NCBI GenBank assembly: GCA_951406725.2
Contig: OX597825.1
Span: 8,494,001 to 8,558,000, forward strand
Length of the DNA stretch: 64,000 bases
From: Octopus vulgaris
Lineage: Eukaryota
Direction: 5' to 3'
Shown: in pieces, positions 14,082 through 27,719 of the stretch
How positions within the stretch are numbered: position 1 is the first letter of the stretch
How the letters are laid out: each line of letters begins with the position of its first letter
Notes under the pieces: generated by a model
Databases searched by the model: none
The model's input: only the letters and a program-made list of their open reading frames with translations
Told to the model about the DNA's origin: nothing
Position numbers and translations under genes: made by a program

Positions 14082-14301
14082 GGCTCTGAGCTGGCAGAAA
14101 AATTAACACGCCGGGCGAAGTGCTTAGCGATATTTCGTCTGTCTTTACGTTCTGAGTTGAAAATCCGCCAAGGCCGACTTTACTTTTCATCCTTTCGGGG
14201 TCCATAAATTAAGCACCATTTGCGTAGAGGAGTCGATGTAATCAACTGCCCCACCCCTCTCCCCCAAACATTCTTGTCTTGTGCCTAGAGTAGAAAAGAA
14301 T
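14082..14301 (+). mobile_element. Near full-length SINE family B (Nin/Deu-like core)
   Basis: tRNA-like head gagctggcagaa...gagttgaaaatcc, core gactttacttttcatcctttcggggtccataaattaagcacc, tail ttgtgcctagagtagaaaagaat. Confidence 0.85.
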
Positions 14302-15432
14302 AATATTTGGGGAAATAAAAATCCATTCCAGTGCAGAAGAATTGCAATCGAACCACTGCACAATTGCTTTATATCTAATATATAAGGGAACGGTGAGTAG
14401 ATATCCGAATCTGTAACCCATATTCAGATACGTGCACAGGGAATGATAGTTGCAGTACGAGTACTCCTGATCAAAATAGAATCAAAGATATGTCATCAGT
14501 TTCTTGTCAGCTGTGCCACGAGAATCGGTTACTATCTCTGTATGCTCTACCTTGTTGAATCCATGATGAATTTGCATAATTCATATGTATCGATTTTATT
14601 GTGAATCACTATATCTAGTGATTTGTGACTAACGTGGCAACGCATCGGAATGTATCAGAAGCAGAAATTCTCTTTCACAGAGTCGCACATGATATACCAA
14701 AACTAAGAACAGTGGTCATGGTTGGAGAGTTTATACTTTTACGTAAGATTTGCTCAATCAGTAATAAATATGATACAACAACTGATGCATCCACTGTATC
14801 ACAACATACGACAGAGAAATGCTTCATATAACATCTGACTGTTCTAAACTCACCGACACGGAAGAAAACTAAAGATCTATTCTAATACAGCATAGCATCA
14901 AAGTTACTGTCAGAAATCTTGGTATAGAGATGAATGAGACATTATTTGAAGGTAGACGAGTGGGAAAATATGTAGGGCCCGAAAGAAATATGAAAGTAAA
15001 ATTGAAAAGACTCACAAAAAACGCGTACACAGATATATACATGCACACACAATAAAGCAAAATGCGCGCACACATATATTGTTGATACATATAAGTAGAC
15101 CAAGAAATATCATGGGATTTTAAATATATACGAGTTTTAACCGCACCTGTATGAGAATGCCAATGTATCCATTGATTTCTCATACCTGAAAATGAATAAG
15201 TATTCTAGTAAACAAATAGATTTTATAGTGTAAAACTCCATGCACAATAAGGTGGTGGAGGTGAGTAGGCTTTCAGAAAACAATGGAAAATTTATAAGTG
15301 ATTTAGCAGCAGCAATTATCTTCCAAGGAAATTGAAGTGAAAGAATCGCCGTCGCCATTTGAAATATGCCATAATATATGACAGGCTAGAAATATAGTAC
15401 CATGCTAGACGACGACGAAATGAAGGAATATC

Positions 15433-15463
<31 letters not shown>

Positions 15464-15653
15464 AACACGATACGCCGTTATTTTGTGAGGAATGCAGGTG
15501 CAAATATTTTAATATAATTATAGATTTTAATAACAAATAAGTAAACGTCTACATGTGAGGAGGTATATATATCTATATATATTATTTTTTCGTGTATGCA
15601 ATTTATATACATATACACAAGAATATTCATATGCAAATATATGTGTATGTGAG

Positions 15654-15692
<39 letters not shown>

Positions 15693-15913
15693 ATATATAG
15701 ATGTATATACGTATATGTATATATATAGATAGATGTAGTGAGAGAGTAATACATACATACATTCATACATACATATATACCTGGATGTGTATACTTGTAG
15801 GCAAGTGCGTACATTTCTTTCTATTCAAGTGATATAAGTGTTTGTGATTCTTATTTTATTTAGTAATTATTGAATATTTACGTAATTACGTATATCTATA
15901 CATAACCGCACAC

Positions 15914-15985
<72 letters not shown>

Positions 15986-16101
15986 ATACATACTTCCTTG
16001 GAAATGGATGCGGGACGTTCAATTAAGTTATAATATATATATATATACATATATGTGTGTGTGTGTACATATATGTGTGATTGTCAGGTCACGTCACGTC
16101 A

Positions 16102-16245
16102 GGAATGTCTGGAATGTCTGCAATGTGAGGAATGAAAGGAATGTTTGGAATGTGTGGAATGCGTGGAATGTCTGGAATGTGTGGAATGTCTGGAATATGA
16201 GGAATGTGAGGGATGTGAGCAATGTCTGGAATGTCTTGAATGTCT
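16102..16245 (+). repeat. 9-bp minisatellite, 16 copies, consensus GGAATGTNN
   Basis: Units counted directly; 11 of 16 have an exact GGAATG. Confidence 0.95.
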
Positions 16246-16429
16246 GAAATTCTGCTGACACGCCGCCATAATATATTGGTTTCAAATTTTGGCACACGAA
16301 TAGCAAGTCTTTTATTGGTTGAAGGACTACACAACTTCAATGTGCAATATATATTCTCACCTCTAGAAATATGAAACTTGAGAGTATCTCTACGCCTGCT
16401 CGGGATTCATACAAAGTGATGAAATTGTT

Positions 16430-16870
16430 CTGCAAGCAGACATTTAGAGCCCGATACATGCTTAAATGTCGGTTTTGTCGAATACATCTCGTATACATGT
16501 GTAGCTCGGATCTACATATCGACTGAGGCCCTTGGAAAGTTAGTTCAACCGCATTTCATTTGACTGGAAATGGCAGCAAATGTTTCTCTCTCTGGGTCTC
16601 GAAAGAGATTGTGGATTAGATTCTAAAGTCTGAAGAGAGACATTTTCCTCTTCGGTCAAGCTCGCATCAGTCCTTATAAAGTTTTATTTGAATAAAGGAT
16701 GTTAAAGTAGGGAGGGTAGTGCTAAATTTCAGCAAATTTGTTGAAATTTGGGTGGACGTGGCAAGGTTGGTCTGAGTGAAGCAACCTATTCTAAGTATGC
16801 ACTTGTAAATAGAAGATAAGGAGAAGGCACTTGCGCTAGTTGCCAGGGTGCTTGTAGCTTTATGGGATTA
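16430..16870 (+). mobile_element. Degenerate Tx1/L1-type LINE 3' end
   Basis: Cys/His-rich remnant, then VKVGRVVLNFSKFVEIWVDVARLV..PILSMHL*, resembling L1/Tx1 ORF2 C-termini. Multiple stops. Confidence 0.4.
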
Positions 16871-16893
16871 CGAGGAACAGTTTCAATACGTCT

Positions 16894-17000
16894 CTACTTT
16901 TCGGTGAGTAAGTTATTCATTTTTGAAATTGTAATTTTTACTCGCTCCTTAATGTAACCCCACATTGTATAGTCCTGTAATGTCTCCGATGCTTTCTGTG
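16894..17000 (-). pseudogene. Possible Tc1/mariner-superfamily transposase C-terminal remnant
   Basis: LQDYTMWGYIKERV resembles the LNPLDYxxWGYLKxxV motif. Confidence 0.3.
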
Positions 17001-18733
17001 AACCCTTAGCTGATAATAACGGAATCTTTGTTGTTGATACTTTTGTTGTTGTTGTTGTTGTTGTTGTGTCACACGCAAACATACAAAATCAGTTCCTACG
17101 TTGATTTGTGACATTTAAAGACACAAAATATATACTTTTCATATATTTTATCCAAAATCATATTATTGAATTTGAATATATATATTTGACATAATTCGTA
17201 TAGGGTTTTGGAAAACACATGTTTTCGTTTAGAAATTGCAGGTTTGTGTAATATCAAACCGCTCGAAAGGGGAACGTTTTGATAAGAATCAATCACATCA
17301 CCTTGGCTCTTAACGCTCTGGAAATATCGGTTTCTCTACAGACAAGGCAGAACCAGTATCTATACTTGTATCTGTGCGACTGAATTTTCGCGCGTGTGTA
17401 TATGTGTTTTTATGTGTCTTTTGAGAAGTATAACCGCACAGCTATGCGTTAGTCACATGCAAAGTAATCATTCTTCTTCTCGAGTGCTTTCACTATCCGA
17501 ATTTTAGGTTGCCTCAGCATCTTCGGTATAAATTATCCAAAATAACTTTTTAGTGCAGCATTTAGAAATATATGAGTTAGAGTTAAGCTAGAAAAATATC
17601 ATTAAACAGAGATATTTCCCTTGTCATGTTTGTAGAATGCAATGAGACAAGTAAAAATATATTGTTTCATAGCGAACATAACATTTGCTTTATTGACAGG
17701 AAAAGAATTGTCAAAATAATACGTGTTTTAAAATTTTGTATGATTTATTGTAAACAACGTATGATTTATATGTGTAAATAAACAAAAATTATGCAGACCG
17801 AGTTGCTTCCATGTAATCGTATTGAGTATGCTTTTAGTTAAATAACTTCCATTAGTGAAAATCTGGTAACAATAAAAACAGCGGTGAAATGTAGCTTCAA
17901 ATTATAAAATTTATAAATATAATGCTGATGTTACTTTCAATTGTACATCAAATTCAAAATGAATTGATAATTAAAGCAAAGACTTCGTATATATTTTAAA
18001 TTGATGCCTTTCCATTCTCGTTAGTAATTGCTGCAAATTTAATTTCTCACCAGGCATGTATTGCATTTCAAGATACATCTAGAGTTATGAAATCATTGAA
18101 AATACTTACAACACACCACTGCGCATGGTTTCTTCCAATTCATCAAACTTTTCACTAATATTTTAATAATAGATATTACATAAGGATAAGAAGGTTTTCT
18201 GAAGAATATCGTTAATAAATTCCTTTTTATTAACGAATCATTAATATCGTGTATAAACTAGAGAGAAACTTAATTTTAATTGATTCGTTAATATGGATGT
18301 ATGTGCGTGATATTTTCCTAACGTCGTAGAAGTTAAGGATTTTCATCGCTAAATGGTTAAATAAATTAATCTTTTTTCAAAAATGAAGAGCAGCGATTAA
18401 TGTTTCCTGCTATTATTAAAGTTGGAGGATTCACTACTTATTCCGTTCGTGTTGTGCAAATTTAATTTCGGTGATGTGGAGATTTATTGTTAGCAAAACT
18501 ACTAACAATATAATGTAATCGCAATACAAGGTCATTTCTTTGTTAAAGCGAAATAGAGAGGGGTGTGGCAGCGTCGAAACTCGGGGGGAAATATTTGCGG
18601 AGAATTTCCAAATATGGCTAAATTTGTGAAGAATTTTGATTGATTCAAAAGAATCATAGCATTATTGAAGCCATGTTTGTTATGTAAAATCTCTGCGAGG
18701 AATTGAATAAAGTGTATAATATCCTGAATAAAC

Positions 18734-20112
18734 ATAATATGAGTTGGGTCCATGAGCGCTCCCAAGGCTTCAGCATCCATGCCAGGTGCCATATATTTTA
18801 CTTAAACAGTTATAAAAATTTCTATCTGTAAATGTTAGGGAATTAATTTTATCAATGATACACTTATTGTTCCATCATTCCGAGTTAGTTACCTTTCAAA
18901 AGGCTCGTTACATATCACCTCTACACTAGCTCTGGTGATTCACACGCAAGATTCTACATATTCCCGGCATGAACATTGAAGTGGAGGACGTAGAGAAGCT
19001 GCTTATATTAAAACGTGGGAGACCTTATATAAAACGTGGGAGACCATCACATCATTCTACCTTAGCTTTGTTACAATTTGAAACATGTTTGAATTTGAAG
19101 CATAATAAACTGAATATTTTTAGCATGAAGCGAAAAAACACATTGTTATTGATTTTATGGCTGTTGTTGTTGTTGTTACCTCGTTGACTTGTTCTATTAT
19201 GGCAGTTTCATTACAGTCTACCTTCAATACTCAGCTATGATTTGTTCGCCTTGTGTATATGTGTATATTTTTGCGCATGCTTTGTACATGCATACTTTCG
19301 TGCATGTCTTTGAAACTGAAATATCGTAGTTTGTGCTTCTTCCCGGTTAGGCTGTTTTCTCAGTTATTGTAAATTTATTAAACGTAATTAAACGTAATTT
19401 ATTAAACGTAATTATGCATGCAAAATGTTATATAAATATATATATATATGCATAATTACGTTTAATAAATTACGTTTAATTACGTTTAATAAATTTACAA
19501 TAACTGAGAAAACAGCCTAACTGGGAAGAAGCACAAACTACGATATTTCAGTTTCAAAGACATGCACGAAAGTATGCATGTACAAAGCATGCGCAAAAAT
19601 ATACACATATACACAAGGCGAACAAATCATAGCTGAGTATTGAAGGTAGACTGTAATGAAACTGCCATAATAGAACAAGTCAACGAGGTAACAACAACAA
19701 CAACAGCCATAAAATCAATAACAATGTGTTTTTTCGCTTCATGCTAAAAATATTCAGTTTATTATGTTTCAAATTCAAACATGTTTCAAATTGTAACAAA
19801 GCTAAGGTAGAATGATGTGATGGTCTCCCACGTTTTAATATAAGCAGCTTCTCTACGTCCTCCACTTCAATGTTCATGCCGGGAATATGTAGAATCTTGC
19901 GTGTGAATCACCAGAGCTAGTGTAGAGGTGATATGTAACGAGCCTTTTGAAAGGTAACTAACTCGGAATGATGGAACAATAAGTGTATCATTGATAAAAT
20001 TAATTCCCTAACATTTACAGTTAGAAATTTTTATAACTGTTTAAGTAAAATATTTGGCGCCTGGCATGGATGCTGAAGCCTTGGGAGCGCTCATGGACCC
20101 AACTCATATTAT
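18734..20112. repeat. Long near-perfect palindrome (arms 18734-19419 and 19448-20112, 28-bp AT-rich spacer)
   Basis: The arms are reverse complements apart from about 5 substitutions and a 21-bp tandem duplication (cttatataaaacgtgggagac) found only in the left arm. Confidence 0.97.
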
Positions 20113-20399
20113 ATAGATTTCTTTGTTCAGTTTATTATATTCTCTTACAGAATGTTACCATTAGTCGTTTACCAATAGCCCGTTACAGCAGAAACTAAAT
20201 CAACCAATTCCACATACCTTGTCCACTGTTTGGTTGTCGCACATAAACGATGTAATTGTTTGAGTTTGTCCAGTAATATTTTATGAAGTTACTTTACAAA
20301 CACATTGGCGGTATAATACTCATGTATTTTTGTTTTTCTAGTATAACATATTTTGACGAATATAAAAATCAAAAACTGATAATCATAAATTATCAGTGA

Positions 20400-22200
20400 A
20401 TGTACAAAAGTATTGTTGCTTTATTCTGGTCTGCATTCAGAAAAGATTAATCTAATGTGCATAAGATATTCTTCCTAAACTTTATTTTCCTTTGTCTGTA
20501 TTGTAGTCCATCTAGATTATATATTCCGAAGTATTTTTAAAATGTCTGTAGCAATGCCTTTATCTTTATCTCTTCATCTCATATATCATGAGTCTTTTGA
20601 ATTTTGTTAATTTTTCTCTCTTCAAGTTTGTTTTGTGCATTTATTCTCTTTATAATCTCATATAAATGTCTCTATTAAAATTGTTTACTGCGTTTTTTGT
20701 CGATTTGTTTGCAGCGTGTAATTTGATGAGGTTCATTTAAAAATAATGCTTGAAGAATTTGTTTCTGATTTCACCAACGTTTTAAATTTCTGTTATAAGC
20801 GTTGTCTCAATTATTATTTCTCTTATTCAGCTTATTAAATTCCTATGGATCTGTAGTATTTTTCGCCAAGCCCTAAACAAACATTAAATGCATCTAATTA
20901 TCATTAGTGGTAGGTTCCTCAGGGTCCATATATCCAAGATTCACGTGAAGCTTAACTGTTTAACGATTCCTGGCAATCAATCCATTTAATGGTCAGCATA
21001 TTCTTCTCATTCTTCAAGTTTTGACTTTGGAATTATTTAACACGAATGGACATTTATGTCCATATATTGTTACTAGATTGGCTCAAATAAGTTTTCCTCA
21101 ATTCTCTATTAGATTAAACAAAGTGCTTTTTAACTTCGAGTCATTTTCTGTTTTGATTCATTGGCAGTTAACACACGAATCTTGAGTGTTGAGTGTCTCA
21201 TAAATGGTTTTACTTATTAACGCCAACAAATGAATAATATGCTAAACTGCTTCTCTATATTAACGTCCAATGCATATAGTGGCATACATTCCAAAAATTG
21301 TTGCCAGATCGAGATATTGAAGCCTGGAAGCAAAGTCACAGAAAACATTACTAAAGAGCATATAGATTAACATTCTTCAAATTTATCGGCGTCCCTTTTT
21401 CCTTATAACAATTAGCGAATTTGAATGTCTACACGTAATCGATTTTCCAATCGAATCAAGAAAAAGATAAACGGAAACGAAATACACGTTTCGCATTTGC
21501 TCCTACCTACTTTACTATTTTTCTTTCTTCTAGTAAAAAAAAATGCATGTCGACCGGACAATTATATTTTGGATAAAATTTCAAAAAAAGCAAACCATTT
21601 TCAAATTGTTTAAAGCAAGAAAATATCACTTTCCCGGTGTATCTTATCCTAGAGAGGAGGAAAAGCTAACTAACGTGCCTCTCTTTTTAGGGAATGTCAA
21701 GATTTTCCATCTCTCTTCCAACTAGCACCTGTAAATAAGTACTTTACCGACAGGCATACACACAAAAATAGGAGAAATATAGATTTAAGCCTTACGTGAA
21801 AATGTACTATATTTTCATAACCAAGTACTCAGGAAAAATAACTTGGGCTGCATTACAGAAACGTGGTTCCCCCTACACATTTAATCCCAAGTTTTGAGAC
21901 CAAAAAATACGAACTTAAGTGTCAGGAATATCAATTAGAATGCTGAATAAAGTCTTGTCACCTTCCAATCTTCCAATGAGCAAATAGTTCAGGTATGGAT
22001 ATCTAGAGACAGCATGTAGTTCAGAAAAGTCAAGAAGAGAAACTTCACCTTCTTTCTTAATAAAAAGCATAGAGCAGCTGCTGCATATAGTAGTCAAATA
22101 TTTAGCTATCACCTTAATAGAGCCCAATTACCTTTCCTTGATTTGCCTAGGAACATCCCAAAGTACATTAGAAGACATGAAATAAATTTAGATATAATAA
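20400..22200 (-). mobile_element. Possible heavily degraded L1/Tx1-like LINE (ORF1 remnant + endonuclease region)
   Basis: Minus-strand remnants LDIWTLRN (APE DxWR-like), LQVLVG and a Lys/Glu-rich stretch. Many stops. Confidence 0.3.
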
Positions 22201-25104
22201 TTGAGGCTGCAATCAATTTGTAAGTACATTTTTTTCTATGTGGTGATAATAGAAGGAGAAAATGTCATAACAAATTCTATTATAGTTTTATAAACGTTTC
22301 TCAAGGAAGCCGTATGCTATTTCGTCCCATCCTCTAATAAAATATGTACATCAGTTGCCACTTACATCTTCCTCTGCCAATCAACAGCTGGTGGTCAACC
22401 ACTATATAAGATGAATGTAGCTTTCGTTTTTGTGGATAACACAATTTGCATATGAGTTATATTAAAGGCTCCTCACTAATTGTTTAATAATATGTTTTTG
22501 TACACCACACAACCTAAACAAGAAGATTCGAAACCAAGATTTTTTTTGCACATCTACTGAGGCTCTCTGGTTTTTCATTTTCTCTTTTTCTTTTCGTTTG
22601 TGTTTTGGTTCTTCTGATTTACGCTGTGCTTTGCATAAAATAGACATATTTTAAAATCTTAATAATAATTTGCACACAAACCTTGTCAAACTAGTAGATA
22701 TTACTTTGGATTAATGTATATTTTTCCTGTAACATACATATTTTGGATCGCATAAAATATACTAATGATATTGATTTTGTACTGAAAATATCAAGTACTG
22801 TAGTGGAAAAGAATAAAATTGTGTGAGTTTTATTACCTTACAAAGGGAACTAGCAACGTGGATAATGTTATGCAAGTTCTTGTGTCTATAATCATGGAAA
22901 CATCAGCTTAAGTTTGTTGTTTATACTTCACCGATTATTCTCTGACGATTCAATGACAGGCAACAATTTATAGTTCAAGATTTTATAAGCATTTCTAGGT
23001 CTACTAAACTTACACGTTCCCTTGTGGCCACACATCATCATACGATATAATTTCAGATCACATATTTGAAAAGACTAAATGCCACTTATTAATCTTGCAC
23101 ACTGATTGATTTGGAAAGCAGGGACAGCTGAATGTATGTCCATATAAGAAGATACTGCAACAAGGGAAAACATCGGCCATTTCTGTGTGTCAGATTATTT
23201 CGTTCAAACATCACTTGATATGTTACGAGGGAGAAAATATCAAATAAAAATAAAATATTCTGAAAGACGGAAGGGGATTCCGTATTATCATACGATCACA
23301 TATCCGTTTAGACTTTCCAGTTATTTCTAGAACCCGTATTCGCCTATCAACGACATGTCAACACTCGATAGCACACCATTCATATTTCTATATCCTTCAC
23401 AGCATATATGAGTATATACGGACATGGACACACAGAAATGCGTTCACATACACGTACTAATACTCTCTCACACAAATACAGTGGGCGAGCGTATGTCAGT
23501 GAATTATTTGTGTAGTTGCCAAAACTTATGACTTCGATTGAATGCAAATATGCTTACTTATAACATTTCAGAAATAACTTGTTAGACACTTGTGTATTTG
23601 ATATTCTGTCGTATACTTGAGGTCATGTTGTCGTCTTTTCCACAAAATCTGATGTACTGTATAATTAGCGCAATTTCGTTTATTTCGAGCACTAAGGTTA
23701 GGGCTAAACGTGATGGAGAAAGACACAACTATGGCACTTGGCAATGTACAGCTCATAAGAAAATGGAATCAAAAATTACGCTGAACACGTTTAAACTTAT
23801 TTGCATATATCAGCAACAAAACATCTTAAATATTGAGGACATCGAACCACATTACTGACCTTTGTAGAGAGTTTTCTGTTAGAGAGGTTTCATTTTGGTT
23901 ATTTAAATTTAAAAGATTGTAACATTAATTCTTCCCGATATTTAATTTCATATGACTGTAATGGTAACCATTATATCCTGGATGTCTCTCGAAATATTTT
24001 GTTATTGGAATAAGTGTTTGAGGAGTACGGTTCAATTTCTCAGTTCTATCAAAACTGAATGTGTCAATAGTAAAAGAAGCCAACATGAAATCATTCGAAG
24101 GATAAAATTGTAATTACTAGCATCGAAACGGCACAGATGTAGGAAATAGAATTTATGGTGCAATATGCTACGTGTCAAATCTATCTGAATACCAATCTTC
24201 TTGACCTCAGTTTCTCTTTATCCTATTTCAACTCCTGCGAATTTCTACTTGAATTTGTCTTGTACACGACGAAGGGTATATCACAATCGTTCTATTTTTA
24301 CCTTAGAAATTTCATTCTATGAGAAAGCCCTACTGCCTTCTTCCGATGTTCCACTTCTGTCGGATCCTTTGCACTATGAGCTCTCTCATGTTTCTGGCAT
24401 TATTTTTTCCACCTTTTAGTGCTGTAATTCCCATGTTCTAAACGTCCGTGACACATTACGCCAAGAGTCCCTTGCTCGTTTCCAGTATGTTTCTGCTCCC
24501 TTCACACCTGACCTTTCTTCGTTTCGTTCAAACCACCGAATGAAGTTTAAGAAAGCAATCACATTATTACGATTGTGACATTCAGTTATTTGACATCCTC
24601 AAAGTATTTATTCCTCTTCGATGCACCTACTCTTCTAAAGATTGTTAGATCAGTCACTAACATATATTCACTCCAGCTACCATGATTTGTTTCAGCTCTC
24701 ACAACACCTTGAAATTTGAAATACCTGCATCGTGGAATCATATGTACGTATATGGAGGTATGTTTGTGGTAAGGTGCAATAATCAGTGTATAATAATTAA
24801 CTTATTATAATCGACACCGCTATGGCTGACGTAATTGCCTTCCGATTGGGTACATTTCTTGAAGATTACATGATACGGTCAGTAGGGAAAATTCCAAAGC
24901 CGGGTTATTCCCAGTAGCTATAAATTATTGGAAGAAACAATATTGATTTCACAGATGCAATTCTCTAATGATATGGTAAAATTGTAGTATCGATTTTTTG
25001 GTGGGTAGACACCATTTATCGAATTTTTGATAGTTTGAGTTTTATATTTAAAATTAGAATACAAAAGAAAGATCTTAATCATAATTATTCCCTTCAGTAT
25101 TCAG

Positions 25105-25254
25105 AAGGGAATTTTCATAGATAAATGTTCATCAAGTTTCCTTGGAATATTCTTTAACTCTTTAAACAATGATACATGGGGTGGAACATTGGATAAATTT
25201 CTGAATGAACTATCACCACACGACATTTTAGCGACGGGAAATTCGAAAATAATA
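25105..25254 (+). CDS. Candidate isolated 150-nt phase-0 coding exon, product unknown
   Basis: Acceptor ...cccttcagtattcag| and donor |gtaagt. Lies in a 98-codon stop-free non-repetitive frame (25039-25332): KGIFIDKCSSSFLGIFFNSLNNDTWGGTLDKFLNELSPHDILATGNSKII. No homology recognised. Confidence 0.2.
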
Positions 25255-27265
25255 GTAAGTAATCTCATTAATGATAACCGAACAACAGACAAGAGCTATA
25301 TTACGTTAGTACCTATTAAATGTGCGCAAATTTGATATTATTAAGAACTTTATGGCCTAAACAATCAAACCTAGCTTTGTAACGATGAAGTAGTGTCTCT
25401 TAAAATGACTCATGTTCCATTATTTGTTTTGTACGCTTTGTACATTAAGGGACAAGAAGGCCAATTTTATTCCAGTAACATTTGCACAGAAAAACACTAT
25501 TCAGTTCAAATCGTCCTGAATTTGAACTGCGAATCATATTGTTCTTTGCTGAAGCATACCTACTAAGCAACTATCGCAGAATTGCTATTAATATTTTTCC
25601 GAACCCAACATGATACCTCTCAATAAATTCAATTAAATATGTGGTGATTATTCTAAAGATTATTTAATAAATATATTGACCAAAGCTGTCAGAAGGCATT
25701 TTAGACTATTTAGAAAAATACCCATCAATTATGTGCTTAATAAATTTGGAACAAGAGAGCAATATCATTGAATATCTCGCCGATATATGGACTATAATGT
25801 TTAATTAGATGGAATCAATATATATTTGTACATAGAGATATTTAAAAATATCGGACAAATATAGAGCACTGACAATAAATTGAATTTGCTCTTAGTTCCA
25901 TGTTGGAATTCTATGAATATCGATATTTTGCTGTCTATACATAACTTCCATAAAATATGTACGGCTAAGTTTATAGTAAATAATCAATCGTTACTGACTG
26001 ATTTGAAACATATTTACGACGTCGTATCTTCTTAACAAACAAGTGATTTAAGTAATTTATCACATCAGTAGTAACATCGCAGATATCATGGTTATCAACG
26101 GTTTTCGTTGGAGCAATAATCTGGAAAGAAGTATGAAACTTATGTTTCTGAGCCCATATAAGAAACCAAAACTTTAAGTCCTCTAAAGTAACGATCAAAG
26201 AACACTGTTTATATATATATATATGTATATACATATATATGTTTCACAGTTGTGTTTATATCATAACACCTTTGTGGATAGTTTAAGCTTTGACCTAATT
26301 CATTTGGTTAACGTAGAATTTTCGAATCAAGACACAATATAAAGTTCCTTATTGTTCAAATTATATTAGAATTTATTCAACAATTGACATGGTTGCAAGT
26401 TACATTTAACTCATAGGTTTGACTCACATGCGCTTTATATTATACTTAATTTTATTTATCTCTATCCGTTCCTTTTCACTTCATATTGAAATTAATGTTT
26501 TATATTCTGGACAGCTCCTGATATATGTTTCACAGTATATTTAAATCTATTCGTATTTTGAATTTCGAATTCCTTTGCTTTAAGTTATATATCACTGCCT
26601 AAGAATTATTATGTCTTCGATTTCTCTATGTGATTCAAAGCATATCTGTAAGTTTAATCTTATTAATGCTTTCTCGTATGGAAAGATGTGCAAACAATAT
26701 TTAATCTATTGTAAACATAACTTCATTTTATGTATGGAGATGTTATTTACAGATCATTCAGCAAACATAACGGGTGTTTATTATCTAGCAGGGCTTCCAA
26801 TTGTGATTTAGCTTTTGATGTAATTCTATAATATTAATAATTCATAAAACCAAAATATTCCCCACTTCCCACTCAAGCATTCTAAGTATATTAACAATTG
26901 AATAAAAAAAAAACTACTGAATACTATCGGTAAATAATAATGGAAAAATGTGAATTTGCCCTTCTGCAAAACATCTTGCAACTCAATGCATCTAATTTCC
27001 GGCAAGTTCAACAGCAACTTAAAAACGATAAAAAAAAATAAAATTTGCTAATCCCGCTGATATGCAAATTGCCTCCCAAATTCCGATTCTGAATAATCCA
27101 TTATATTTTGTTTAGATTAAAGCTGAGTGGGTTGTTAGGAAAATAGGGGTAAGACACATATAAGAAATGCGTCACAACAGCCGCCACATCAGAAGCCCCA
27201 ATTTCTGTTTTTTTCTTCAACTGCAGTTAGTACTACAATGAATAATTGTATATATGTAAATATAT

Positions 27266-27674
27266 ACTCTTTTACTCTTTTTGTTTCAGTCATTTGACTG
27301 TGGCCATGCTGGAGCACCGCCTTTAGTCGAGCAAATCGACCCCGGGACTTATTCTTTGTAAGCCCAGTACTTATTCTATCAGTCACTTTTGCCGAACCGC
27401 TAAGTGACGGGGACGTAAACACACCAGCATCGGTTGTCAAGCAATGCTAGGGGGACAAACACAGGCACACAAACACACACACATACACACACATATATAT
27501 ATATACATATATACGACAGGCTTCTTTCAGTTTCCATCTACCAAATCCACTCACAAGGCATTGGTCGGCCCGGGGCTATAGCAGAAGACACTTGCCCAAG
27601 ATGCCACGCAGTGGGACTGAACCCGGAACCATGTGGTTGGTTAGCAAGCTACTTACCACACAGTCACTCCTGCG

Positions 27675-27676
<2 letters not shown>
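27266..27676 (-). mobile_element. Full-length SINE family A
   Basis: Reverse strand: ggcgcaggagtgactgtgtggtaag (A box), gggttcagtccc (B box), internal microsatellite, (taaaagag) tail. Confidence 0.92.

Positions 27677-27718
<42 letters not shown>

Positions 27719-27719
<1 letters not shown>

Noticed and set aside
16102-16245. CRISPR-like array or WNV-repeat protein
   Set aside because: There are no unique spacers, the context is eukaryotic, and the ORFs are artefacts of the 9-bp period.
18969-19877. Duplicated 65-72 aa ORFs on opposite strands
   Set aside because: They follow automatically from the palindrome, and no domain or gene structure is recognisable.
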